Shown here: piece after piece, positions 1-10,200 of the stretch
Layout: every line of letters begins with the position of its first letter
Position numbering within the stretch: the stretch's first letter is position 1
Assembly (NCBI GenBank): GCA_041650915.1
Contig: JBAZKE010000001.1
Span: 315,284-379,283 of the forward strand
DNA: 64,000 nucleotides
From: Patescibacteria group bacterium
GTDB taxonomy: Bacteria; Patescibacteriota; Patescibacteriia; UBA10025; JAHIVO01
Direction: 5' to 3'
The notes under the pieces: generated by a model
The model's input: only the letters and a program-made list of their open reading frames with translations
Database searches by the model: none
What the model was told of the DNA's origin: nothing
Program-made: the position numbers and the translations under genes

Positions 1-1
1 G

Positions 2-373
2 GGCACGTACGGCACCCGTTTTTCCATAACGGATTTTGAAGGTTACGAGCTTAATACCAAAGGTCGCCGGGACTACTGGAGCATTCTCGAGCTGCGGTCG
101 AGCTACATCAGCGATACGCTGCATGCGATCAATAGCATCGAAAATAGCGCCGAGCGGCAGAAGCTCCGCTTGGAGCTCGATCGGATCGAGGCAATCGACA
201 ACGATACGGAGTTTCTGACAGAAATGAATTTGCTGTGGGGCACGATCAACCTGATGATTACGAGCGGCAGCAGCGGTACGGATGAGCCGGCCGCGCAGAG
301 GACTGAAGCAGAGCCGGTACAAACTGATAGCGCGGCGCCGGGATCCGCCGCTGAGCCTGCAGCCGCACAGTAA
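2..373 (+). CDS. 3' end of an unidentified protein whose gene starts upstream of the window (partial)
   Basis: Open frame with no stop from position 2 to the TAA at 371-373. The C-terminus is Ala/Pro/Glu-rich. No recognisable domain. Confidence 0.35.
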   Translation, partial: GTYGTRFSITDFEGYELNTKGRRDYWSILELRSSYISDTLHAINSIENSAERQKLRLELDRIEAIDNDTEFLTEMNLLWGTINLMITSGSSGTDEPAAQRTEAEPVQTDSAAPGSAAEPAAAQ

Positions 374-531
374 AAAACAGCCCACATCGGGGCTCTACAG
401 CTCGCGGCGGCCTTTGATCGGGGGCGAGGCTCTGTATCCCGGGGCAACGTCTCAGCTGTGTATGGCGGTTTGGCGAGCGCGGCGGCAAGCGGCCTGTTGC
501 ATTTTCACTATAAGCATGTACAATAGAAAAA

Positions 532-3500
532 ATGGATACTGTCATCATTGCATGCGTTGCAGCGATCGCACTGATTATCGTTATATCCGCGCTGCTCAAT
601 AACATTCCCAGGAAAATCGGCCTGAGGAACGTCTGGCGCCGTAAGAGCAATACGGCGCTCGTTGTCATCGGTTCAATGATCGCGACAGCGCTGATCACGT
701 CGTCTTTGGTGTTGCAGGATTCCATGGATAAAACGTTCTATAACCAGGTACTGGAAAATGAGGGTGAAATCGACGCGAATATCAGCTTTGAGCCGAAGAC
801 TGAAACCGCAACTCCGTTTACTGCGGTGGCAGGAGCGGATCTGGACGCCCTCATGCAGCGCTTAACCGGTGACAGGGTTGACGGCGCCATGCCTGTTTTT
901 CGGATCATGACGTCCCCGTTTTCTATCAATGAAGCAGGGGAGCCGCAGCTGCAGTCGTACAATATTCTGCTCACGGCGCTGAGACCGGAAGATGCCGCTG
1001 CGTTCGGTTCGGATCCGGTATCCATGGATTTCGGGGATTCGAATACGAATGTCATTCTCTCGACCCAGCTTGCGGACGAGCTCGAGGCGCAGGTTGGCAC
1101 GAGGATAAGCTTTACCTATTATGAGCAGTCATTCCAGCTGACGGTGCACAGCATCATGGAGCCGAACGGGATCGTGGGGAACCGCGGGTACGTGGTTAAC
1201 CGGTCTTTGCTGACCGGTGCATTTGGCCTGCCGGAAAATTCTGGGCAGTACATCCTGGTTTCGCACGCAGGCGGCGTCCGCCCGGAAGAATATGACGGCC
1301 CCGCGTTTACCACTGTGTTGGACGGGCTGCTGGCAAGCGCCAGCCCAGAGGGTATTACGAGCATCGTTACCGAGACAAAAGAGCAAGCCCTGGACGGCTA
1401 CGGCATGGGGAATTTCGTTCTGCTGCTGCTGGCCATCAGCATTTTCGGATCGTGCGTCGGCACGCTGCTGATTATCAGCCTGTATTCCATGCTGGCAGCC
1501 GAGCGCAAGTCGGAGATGGGAATCATGCGCGCGATCGGCTTCACGCGCGGCGGCCTGGTAAAAACGTTTGTCTATGAAGGCTTCGTGTATTCGCTTCTTG
1601 CATCACTGACCGGCACCGTGGTCGGCATCGGGCTCGGGAGCTGGCTCGTGAATTCCTTCGTGGGCATGTTCGGCGGCCTTTTTGATGCGCTCCAGCAAGG
1701 CCCGATGCTCGATTTCGAGTTCGACTATACGCTCCGAAGCCTGGCCATCGGCGCTTCCTCCGGCTTTATTTTCACCATCATCACAGTCATTATTTCCAGT
1801 TATGCGTTTAGCAAGATCAATATCGTGAACGCCATCCGGCGCTTGCCCGACATCACAGTATACCGGTGGAAGCTCGGGACGGTCGTTTCGCTTGCCTGGA
1901 AATGCTTGCTGCTCGTAATCGGCGCGGCAAGCGTGGTGCTTTCCACCATGCTGCCTGACATGCTCACCACGATGCGCGGACAGGCTGGATCAGCCGTTGC
2001 TAACATGACGGAATCCAGCTACAAAATGACAACGGACGTAGCTTGCGGTTACCTGCAGTATTTCGGCGTGTTGGTCCTCATCTGGATAGCGGCGCTTGCC
2101 CTTATCCAGTTTGTTAAAATCGCCAAACAGCGCGACATTTCCCGCTGGACATTCCGGGCGGCGAGCGTACTGAGCATCGTCTTCAATGCGTTTATCCAGC
2201 GGTTTCCCGCGATCGACAAGGCGATCGAGCATGATACCGGCGCCGTGCTGTTTTTCTTTTCTGGCGGCATGCTGGTCATTTCGGCCGCGGTGCTGATAGC
2301 GTTCAGCCTCGACGCTATTGTCAAGCTGATTGACCTGTTTTTTCGGCGGTTTGGGAAGCTCAACCTGGTGTTCCGCATGGGACTGCGGTATCCGGACGCG
2401 AATGCATCCCGAACCGGCATGACGCTCATCATGTTTTCCCTGATAATCTACCTAGTTGTTTTTATCAGCAGCATTAAAACTTCGATCAATACGGCTACGG
2501 ACGAAATGCGCACCAATGCGCTCGGGGGCTATAGCATTGACATTGTTTTCAGCCAGAACGCCGAACAAGCGGAACTGTCCGATTCGATACAAATACTCCA
2601 GTCTAGTGCCGGCGTACAATCAGCCGCCGGGGTGATAGAAATGCCGGTAGTACTGCCGAATAGTGCGCCGCTCAAATCAGCGTCCGCTGCTGCAGCCGCC
2701 ATGCATGAGATACCGGAACATGCGTTTGGCACCCGGCTCGTGGCCGCTCCGGCTGAGTTCATGAAATCCATGGAGCCGGTGTTCGAGGCTATCCATCCTG
2801 ATTACGCTGATCCTGATGCGGTGTGGGCTGCCTTGGAACAAGACAGCTCAAAAATAGTTTTAGGAGGAGGATTCGACCGGCGTGAAGGCGAGGAGCTGGC
2901 TGACGGCACTAAGCTGCAAGTTTTTGTGCCAGGGGATACTATCACCATCGCTGACCAGGCGAATGCTGTGGCGGCTGAAAAAACCATCATCGCCACGATC
3001 AAGTACGAAGGCGAGGGCTTCGGCGGCATTAATAATGAGTATACCAGCCAGCTGATCGGCGGGCCAAACAGCGTAGCTGACACGTTTGGAGCAGAGTTGG
3101 TCAATACGTACGCGTATCGCGAGCTTTTGGTCATTGAAAAAGAGGGGATCATGAAAGCAGACCTGGTGAAGCAGATAAAAAAAGACCTCCTTGGCAAGAA
3201 TATCTCCTACATTATGGATATCGACCTGATGCTCGGCGCCGCATTTGAGCTTATAAATTCGATTTTGCTTTTATTGCAGGGCTTTTTATCCCTCAACCTG
3301 CTTATCGGTTCGGCTGGTCTCGCGATCATCATCGCCCGCGCGGTGCATGAGCGCCGCCAGCAGATCGGCATGCTGCGTTCGCTCGGATTCAAGCGGTCTA
3401 TGGTACTCGGCGTCTTTTTCATCGAATCGACTTTCGTCGCCCTCCTCAGCATTGCCATCGGCGTCAGCATGGGGCTTGTGTCTGTCAATACGTTTTTCAA

Positions 3501-3660
3501 AATCATGATGGAGGGGGAAGGCATGAAGCTCGTGTATCCGTTCCAGGAAATCGGCATCATCGTTGGCGGGGTGTACCTCTTGGCGATCCTGCTGTCGATG
3601 TGGCCGGCATTCAAAGCTTCGCGCTTGTCTCCGGTTGAGGCGACCAATTACCCTGAATAA
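532..3660 (+). CDS. ABC transporter permease, MacB/FtsX type, with two FtsX 4-TM modules and large extracytoplasmic domains
   Basis: 1042 aa with N-terminal TM. Two FtsX-like segments (ERKSEMGIMRAIGFTRGG... and ERRQQIGMLRSLGFKRS...). Followed 24 nt later by a cognate ATPase. Confidence 0.8.
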   Translation: MDTVIIACVAAIALIIVISALLNNIPRKIGLRNVWRRKSNTALVVIGSMIATALITSSLVLQDSMDKTFYNQVLENEGEIDANISFEPKTETATPFTAVAGADLDALMQRLTGDRVDGAMPVFRIMTSPFSINEAGEPQLQSYNILLTALRPEDAAAFGSDPVSMDFGDSNTNVILSTQLADELEAQVGTRISFTYYEQSFQLTVHSIMEPNGIVGNRGYVVNRSLLTGAFGLPENSGQYILVSHAGGVRPEEYDGPAFTTVLDGLLASASPEGITSIVTETKEQALDGYGMGNFVLLLLAISIFGSCVGTLLIISLYSMLAAERKSEMGIMRAIGFTRGGLVKTFVYEGFVYSLLASLTGTVVGIGLGSWLVNSFVGMFGGLFDALQQGPMLDFEFDYTLRSLAIGASSGFIFTIITVIISSYAFSKINIVNAIRRLPDITVYRWKLGTVVSLAWKCLLLVIGAASVVLSTMLPDMLTTMRGQAGSAVANMTESSYKMTTDVACGYLQYFGVLVLIWIAALALIQFVKIAKQRDISRWTFRAASVLSIVFNAFIQRFPAIDKAIEHDTGAVLFFFSGGMLVISAAVLIAFSLDAIVKLIDLFFRRFGKLNLVFRMGLRYPDANASRTGMTLIMFSLIIYLVVFISSIKTSINTATDEMRTNALGGYSIDIVFSQNAEQAELSDSIQILQSSAGVQSAAGVIEMPVVLPNSAPLKSASAAAAAMHEIPEHAFGTRLVAAPAEFMKSMEPVFEAIHPDYADPDAVWAALEQDSSKIVLGGGFDRREGEELADGTKLQVFVPGDTITIADQANAVAAEKTIIATIKYEGEGFGGINNEYTSQLIGGPNSVADTFGAELVNTYAYRELLVIEKEGIMKADLVKQIKKDLLGKNISYIMDIDLMLGAAFELINSILLLLQGFLSLNLLIGSAGLAIIIARAVHERRQQIGMLRSLGFKRSMVLGVFFIESTFVALLSIAIGVSMGLVSVNTFFKIMMEGEGMKLVYPFQEIGIIVGGVYLLAILLSMWPAFKASRLSPVEATNYPE

Positions 3661-3683
3661 TTAACTTTACTTTTCATAATCAT

Positions 3684-4388
3684 ATGGACACCTCTTCAAC
3701 AAAACCGATCGTCGAGGTCAAAAAACTCTCCAAGATATTCAACCAAGGCCGTGATAATGAAGTCGCGGCTGTCCAGGACGTGAATCTGGCGGTGCACCGC
3801 GGTGAAATCATCAGCATCATGGGCCCGGCGGTTTCCGGCAAGACGACTTTATTGAACTGCATTTCCGGCATTGATACGGCGACCGCCGGTGAGGTCATTA
3901 TCGACGGCAATGACCTTCAGGGCATGAAAGACAAGAAAAAAACCCGCTACCGGGCGGAAAAAATGGGTTTTATTTTCCAGACGTTTAACCTGATTCCCGT
4001 GCTCTCCGCGCTGGAAAATGTAGAGATCCCTTTGCTCATCGCGAAGGTCGGTTACCGAGAGGCCAAGGAAAAGGCGATTGCCATGCTTGAAATCGTGGGC
4101 CTAAAAGACCGCCTGCACCACAAGCCCAATGAGCTTTCCGGCGGGCAGCAGCAGCGGGTCACCATCGCCCGGGCGCTGGTGCACAATCCGGCCATCATCT
4201 GGGCGGACGAGCCGACCGGCAACCTGGATACAAAAACGGCGCATGAAATCATCGACCTGATGCTGAAGATCAACGGCGAGCGCAAGGAAACGTTCGTCAT
4301 GGTGACGCACGATCAAGATACTGCCAAGCGCACCCAGCGCATTCTACACATGGACAGCGGCATGATCGTCGACCAGAGCCTGTCGTAG
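3684..4388 (+). CDS. ABC transporter ATP-binding protein (MacB/LolD-like)
   Basis: Walker A GPAVSGKTT, ABC signature LSGGQQQRVTIARAL, Walker B IIWADEPTGNLD. Confidence 0.9.
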   Translation: MDTSSTKPIVEVKKLSKIFNQGRDNEVAAVQDVNLAVHRGEIISIMGPAVSGKTTLLNCISGIDTATAGEVIIDGNDLQGMKDKKKTRYRAEKMGFIFQTFNLIPVLSALENVEIPLLIAKVGYREAKEKAIAMLEIVGLKDRLHHKPNELSGGQQQRVTIARALVHNPAIIWADEPTGNLDTKTAHEIIDLMLKINGERKETFVMVTHDQDTAKRTQRILHMDSGMIVDQSLS

Positions 4389-4465
4389 CCGGACCGCTGA
4401 GCAGGCGCATCGATTCCGAAAAGGCGAACTGCTGATTACGGGGATACCGCCCTTTACGCAATAGT

Positions 4466-4495
4466 AAAACCGCCCCAGTAAACAGGGGCGGTTTT
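4466..4495. terminator. Bidirectional intrinsic terminator between convergent genes
   Basis: aaaaCCGCCCC-agtaaaca-GGGGCGgtttt. GC stem flanked by an A-run and a T-run. Confidence 0.7.
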
Positions 4496-4513
4496 GTGAA
4501 AAGCATTTGAGGA

Positions 4514-6001
4514 TTACTCGCTTTTAACCGGCGCGTCTTCTGCCGTTTCCTGCAGCAGTATCGGTTCGTCCAATTGGTCGCTGAAGAATTCACTGACCAA
4601 AGGTACGATGACCTGCTTTTTGTAGAAATATTCGACGGGCGGCGTTCCGATGACGGGAAACACGAGTGCGGGCACGAAGAATTCGGAAAATTGGCTACCG
4701 GTATTTTCATACGCGGCGACGTAGGCGATGACCGGATCCCCGAGCTCAACTTCGTATGTATTTTCCGGGCTGCCGTAGCTGTATTCGTAGAATCCGCCGC
4801 GAGCGGCGATGTCCAGTATCTTTTCGGCATCGGTTTCAATCGGATACGGAGAGCTTTGCATATTGAGCGCGATAATGCTGGAGACCCCGGCTACTTTATT
4901 TTCGATGAGGTTGACATCCGCCTGGAGGCCGACCGTATCCCCAAACGTCGTGTAGACGCGCTTCCCGTCGATGAGCAGCGGGTACATTACCTGCAGGGAG
5001 TCGGGTACGTACGCCTCCTCAGTACCGTCGGCATTCTGGGTTTTCTGTTCGAGCCAGTACTTATTGATTACAGGCTCGCCGTAATTCTCAACGTTGATCT
5101 TGTGATCCTCGATGAAGCGGTCGGCCAGGCTGATAATTTCAGCATCTGCAGGGATATCGCCTTCGGCTAGGGGCTGATACTCAGGGCAGACATCGCCGTC
5201 GCATCGGCTGTACTGGTACCAGGTGTTATTGGCGGAGATATTCAGATAACCGGTGAGGAGGTTGACCTCAATAGTGTAGCCATACTCTGCATCCTGCGTG
5301 AGGCTGAAGTTCTGGAGCTGTGCCTGGCTGAACGTCGAGAGGTCAACCGCATCAAGGCCGAAATTTTTTAGGTATTCAGCGGCCTGGCTGCCGGTTGTTG
5401 CGTCTGTTACTTTTTTATACACCAGCAGCGTATCCTGCGGCAGTGCCAGATCACCGTTGTAAACGTAGTGATAGTTGATGCCCTCAAAACCGGGAATCGC
5501 TGCTGCGCCGGGTTCGGTGCCCTGCACGTCGGGTGCGGTTGCCGTACCGCCCCCGCCGTATCCGCCTCCGCTCTCGCCCGCCGTAGGCTGCAAGCTGTCG
5601 ACCGGAAGATCACCGAATGCCCGGGTGGATAGCTCTTCAACACCCAGTCCATTCGAAGACAGCTGCGCTGGGGCGCCATCATTGCCCGTGCCGTTGGAAG
5701 TTATGAGGATAATGACGATAACGGCTGCGGTGCCAACGGCGGTCAGCGTGACATTGCGGAATGAGAAGAGCTTCACCCACGAAAATCCGCGCACATCTTC
5801 CTTTGGCAGCTGCTCGAACTCCCGCGCTTTCTGGAGCAGTGCAGCCCGGAGTTCCTTCTTGAAGGCTTCGTCGATTTCGGCCTTCGGCTTTTTTTGCATG
5901 AATTTCACGATTACTTTTTTCAGCTCAACTTCGTACCGGCGGAGCTTCGGTTCGATCGCATACAGCTCCTGCAGGATGCCCGTCATGTCTTTTTCGTTCA
6001 T
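4514..6001 (-). CDS. Putative membrane-spanning anti-sigma factor (cytoplasmic helical N-domain, one TM, large extracytoplasmic domain)
   Basis: Its ATG overlaps the stop of the upstream ECF sigma gene (ATGA). It has a charged helical N-terminus, a TM around residue 85-105, a Gly-rich linker and an extracellular domain of about 380 aa. No zinc anti-sigma motif, so the call rests on context. Confidence 0.5.
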   Translation of the reverse strand: MNEKDMTGILQELYAIEPKLRRYEVELKKVIVKFMQKKPKAEIDEAFKKELRAALLQKAREFEQLPKEDVRGFSWVKLFSFRNVTLTAVGTAAVIVIILITSNGTGNDGAPAQLSSNGLGVEELSTRAFGDLPVDSLQPTAGESGGGYGGGGTATAPDVQGTEPGAAAIPGFEGINYHYVYNGDLALPQDTLLVYKKVTDATTGSQAAEYLKNFGLDAVDLSTFSQAQLQNFSLTQDAEYGYTIEVNLLTGYLNISANNTWYQYSRCDGDVCPEYQPLAEGDIPADAEIISLADRFIEDHKINVENYGEPVINKYWLEQKTQNADGTEEAYVPDSLQVMYPLLIDGKRVYTTFGDTVGLQADVNLIENKVAGVSSIIALNMQSSPYPIETDAEKILDIAARGGFYEYSYGSPENTYEVELGDPVIAYVAAYENTGSQFSEFFVPALVFPVIGTPPVEYFYKKQVIVPLVSEFFSDQLDEPILLQETAEDAPVKSE

Positions 6002-6573
6002 ATGGTTATGCTGTTAATAATAATTACGATAAGCGAGGCGAGTGCGAACGCCATGTCTTCGCGGAGCCGCGCCATGGTGCGGGAGAATGCCACTTTGCAG
6101 CTCGCAGCTGATTTTCCCGTAATCTCTGCGATCTCGCGGTAGCTCAGCTGGTCCCACAGCTTCATGACAACGATCTCCCGGTGCTCGCGCTGAATCGTTG
6201 CGAGGTACTGCCTGACCGCATCGAGGCTGCGTTTCGCATCCAGGTCAACCGGGATTTCCCGGCCGTCATGCAGCCCGTACGCTCCGTCGATGCCCTCGAC
6301 GTTTTTTGCCGTACGGTAGTGGTCGATAACGCCGTTGCGTGCGATCCGGTACAGCCACGACGAGAAGGAGCCACGCGCGCTGTCAAAACGCGGCAGCGCT
6401 TCCATCGCCTTCATGAACGCCTGGCTCGTCAGGTCCTCGGCTGTTTCCCGGTGCATCGTTTTGTAGTAGATGAACCGGTAGATTTTATCCGCATAGCGGT
6501 CGTACAGTCGGGCGAACTGGCCCATATCCCCGCGCTGGCACTTTTTTATGATGTCTTTTTCGTCCATACGCAC
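5998..6573 (-). CDS. ECF-type RNA polymerase sigma factor (sigma-70 region 2 and region 4)
   Basis: Region 2-like RIARNGVIDHYR. Region 4 HTH LSYREIAEITGKSAASCKVAFSRTMARLRE. 191 aa. Confidence 0.85.
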   Translation of the reverse strand: MRMDEKDIIKKCQRGDMGQFARLYDRYADKIYRFIYYKTMHRETAEDLTSQAFMKAMEALPRFDSARGSFSSWLYRIARNGVIDHYRTAKNVEGIDGAYGLHDGREIPVDLDAKRSLDAVRQYLATIQREHREIVVMKLWDQLSYREIAEITGKSAASCKVAFSRTMARLREDMAFALASLIVIIINSITI

Positions 6574-6913
6574 TTATGAACTTCCTATACCTATATAACG
6601 AATGCGAAGCGAAAAGGTAACACTACCGTAATTGTACCACGCCTGCCAATGGAGCAAATGCTCAAATTGCAGCGGCAGTTGGTGGCCTGCGGGAGCTGAT
6701 GTAATCTTTTAGCACGCCTGGCGCGCTTGATCGTGCTTTTGGAAGGGGCACTCTATGCATCTGCTGTTTTTTGGGCGGGTTCAAAAAACGCTTCCCAAGC
6801 CCACCATGCGTGTTCTGCCGTGACCACAGTGCGGCCATGAATCAGGGAAGATTGGTGCTGTTCAGCACCGAGCATCGCTGTTTTGCAAACACTGCCCGGG
6901 ATTTTTCCGCTAC

Positions 6914-6952
6914 AAAAAAAACCGAGGTTCCTGAACAGGGAACCTCGTTTTT
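6914..6952. terminator. Orphan bidirectional intrinsic terminator in the sigma/giant-gene divergent intergenic region
   Basis: aaaaaaaaCCGAGGTTCC-tgaacag-GGAACCTCGttttt. Perfect 9-bp GC-rich stem with an A-run and a T-run. Confidence 0.7.
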
Positions 6953-7080
6953 AATCAATGCTTGTGGGATTGCTCTTGTATGGCAGTCGGGCCGTAGGCC
7001 GATATAAATTTACTAGGACTTACAACAAAAATGGAGTAAGCGGGCATGCTTGGCATGTGCACATCTTCCAGGTTTATAGA

Positions 7081-7109
7081 TTGACAAAAGCCAATTTTCC
7101 CGCTATAAT
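7081..7109 (+). promoter_or_regulatory. Consensus sigma-70 promoter for the giant surface-protein gene
   Basis: TTGACA (7081-7086), 17-nt spacer, TATAAT (7104-7109). Lies about 175 nt upstream of the ATG at 7285. The leader ends in an AT-rich tract. Confidence 0.5.
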
Positions 7110-7284
7110 AACGGCATACTACAAAAACACAAACCAGCCATAGGTTGAGCCGGTAAGGCCTATTGCCTATTATGGTATTTGGCGGGGAAATTCATTATGG
7201 GTTAGGAAGCGGCGCAGTGGACTGACAGCGAGCGCTGAGGTTTTTTTAATATTTTTTATATTTAATCAACGAATAAATCCGCGT

Positions 7285-10200
7285 ATGAGAGTTAGAAAAA
7301 TTGCGAAATTAATCAACGCAGCAGTAGCAGTGCTGACAATCTTCGGCATGCTCGGGCCGTTTTCCATGGGTGGCGCCCTCGTTGCCTCTGCGGCTGGGAC
7401 TGCAACGGTCATCGGCGTTGTTACCGAACCGGACGGCGTAACGCCGGTGGTAGGCGCATACGTCAATACCCACACTTCGTCGTATGGAGAATATACGTCA
7501 GTATGGACCGATTCTAACGGGGCGTTTTCGATCTCGGACGTCACATCCGGATCAAAAATTCTCGAAGTAAATGCCTACGATTCCGTATATCCGAATCCGC
7601 CGATGCTAACCATCACCGTACCGACCTCCGGCACGCTTGATGTCGGCGTCCTGCGGCTTAAGAATCCGAATGTTTCCGGGGTCGTAATGAAAGCAGATGG
7701 CGTGACGCCCGTTTCAGGCGCATGGGTAAGCGTGCACGACGGTAATTGGACTTTTTCACAAAGCGATTCCACTGGCGAGGATGGCGCATTCGGTTTTTAT
7801 CTGTCCTCCACCGGCACCTATACGATCGAAGTGTCGGCAAGCGATCCCGACGAAGTTGCGCCTGCTGCGCAAAATTTCACTTTTACGGCAGGGGGCACGA
7901 AAACATTTACGGGTGCTTCTGCTTTGAAGATGACGGTACCGGGCATGCGGGGAAAAATTATCATGCCGAACGGGACGGATCCGGCGCAATACGTCAGCGT
8001 GAACGTACACGACAATTCATACAGCTACCAGAATAGCGAATGGGTGACGACCGATACGAGCGGCATTTTCAAGACAAAATCGCTCGCGACCGGCTCCTAT
8101 ACGCTCGATGTAAACGCCTCGTCAGCCGGCAACGGGCTTATCGCTCCCGACAGTATTACCGTCAGCCTGACAGCCGGGACGACCAACACCGAGTATTTCG
8201 ATGATCCAATCCAGCTCATACAGGCCCAGAAAACGATTCAGGGAACCGTGCGGAAGCCGAATGGGGCCAAGGTCACGGATGCAACCGTATCAGCGTGGCC
8301 AATGGGCGGCGGTAATGGTTACGCATCTGCCCAGACAAACAGCCAAGGGCAGTATTCGATGCTCGTCGGAACCGGGAAATGGCAGGTGATGGTATCTCCG
8401 CAGTGGAGCGGTGACGTGCCGCCGTCATGGGGATATTATGACATGCCGGAAACAGTAACTTTCACAAAGGCGAATACGGTCGCTGAAAGCGGGACTGCCG
8501 ATTTTGAAGTATCTAGTTTTGATGCAACTATCCGAGGGCGCGTGCTTATGCCAAACGGCAGCGCTGCCGGCCAATCGGATGCGAACGTTTCGGCATGGAG
8601 TCCGGGCGGCATGGGCGGAGGTAACAATGCAAACCTTGACGCTAACGGTTATTTTTCACTTCCCGTTCCTGCGGGCACGTACCAATTGGAAATTATGCCA
8701 TTTAATAACGGGCTATACGGAGCGCCTGAACTTGACCTGGTGACGGTTGCAAGCGGCGGCAACTTGAATCTCGGTACGCTGCGATTGCTGGAAAAAAACG
8801 AATTCGTGACCGGCAAAATCGTTGATTCAAATGGCACGCCGCTCGAGAATCAGAACGTGAACGCCTGGAAGCCGTCCGGATGGGGATGGGGCTGGGCAAC
8901 GACTGACGAGAATGGCGAGTATACGCTCGGCTTGACTTCCGGTACGTGGTTTATCGATGCGATGCCCAGTGGTGGCATGGGAGGCGGAGAAGGAGACAGC
9001 GAGATAACGTATGTAAAGAGCGGCGCTCCGCAGAAAGTGGTTTTATCTTTAGGGGAAACCGAGAGCAATATCAATTTCGAGTTCACGATCGCTGATGCAA
9101 CAATCAATGGCACCGTGCAAGACAGTGAAGGCACTGTGCTCACCGACCTGTACTCCTGGATCGAGGCAACGGATGTCAACCGGACCTGGAGCAGTGAGGG
9201 CGATATGGGCGGGTGCAGCGGGCTCGGGGGCCAAGTCCAGGGCGGCAGTTTTGCGATGAAAGTGCCCCAGGGGACGTATGTCATGAACCTGTTCATGCCG
9301 TGGGGATCGGATTATACGGCGGCATCACAGGAATCGGTAACAGTCGGTGCGGGCGAAACGTATGACGGCGCCGTGGTGACCGTGCTACCGAACAACGCCA
9401 CGATCACCGGTTCGCTCCTGGACCAGGACGGTAATCCCATCACTGATGTATGGGGTGAAGTATTTGCAGATAATGGCATGGGCGGCAACCAGTGGGCTCA
9501 GTTTGAGGATGGCACATATACGCTGCGCGTTGCAGCAGGCGCCTGGCATATAGGATACTGGATTGATCCGATGTCCGGATACCTTTCGAATCCCGGAAGC
9601 GATAACACGGTGACGGCAGCAGCGGATGAAACCACGACCTATGATTTGACCCTGTTGAAAGCGGATTCGACCATCGCCGGCACGGTTGTCGACCCAGACG
9701 GCAATCCGATCTCGAATGCCTGGGTATCGGCGGATACGGAGCTTGGCGGCCGCCAGAGCACGGCAGACCAATCGATGTTTTTCGGCCCCATGTTCAACCA
9801 GGGAAATATTACGGATGAAAACGGGGCATTTTCCTTTGACGTGCCGGAAGGGACATATTTCGTATCAGCATCGCTTCCTCCATCCGAGGGCTATATCAAC
9901 CCCAAGGCTCAGCAGGTGGCGGTGAGCCCGGATAGTCCCGCTGACGTGGCGCTTGAATTCAGGATTGCGGACGGCACTATCTCCGGAACAGTCACGCTCG
10001 ATGGCGAGCCAAATGCATCGTACGTATGGGGCTGGTCAGAAGAAGGAGGCGCATCAGAAACGACAACGGTGGATGGCGCATATTCATTGAATGTCATTAA
10101 GGACGAAACGTGGCATATCGGCGCGATCTACGAAACCACAACGACATTTTACCGCAGCGATGAGAACATTATTGACGTTCCATCAAGCGGCACCGCAACA

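Noticed and set aside
282-725. Overlapping small ORFs at the window start (282-602 plus, 258-725 minus)
   Set aside because: They overlap the incoming partial CDS and the ABC permease start. Composition is Arg/Pro-rich without motifs.
6771-7143. 78-aa and 61-aa ORFs in the sigma/giant-gene intergenic region
   Set aside because: They run through the bidirectional terminator and the consensus promoter. No SD and no coding periodicity.
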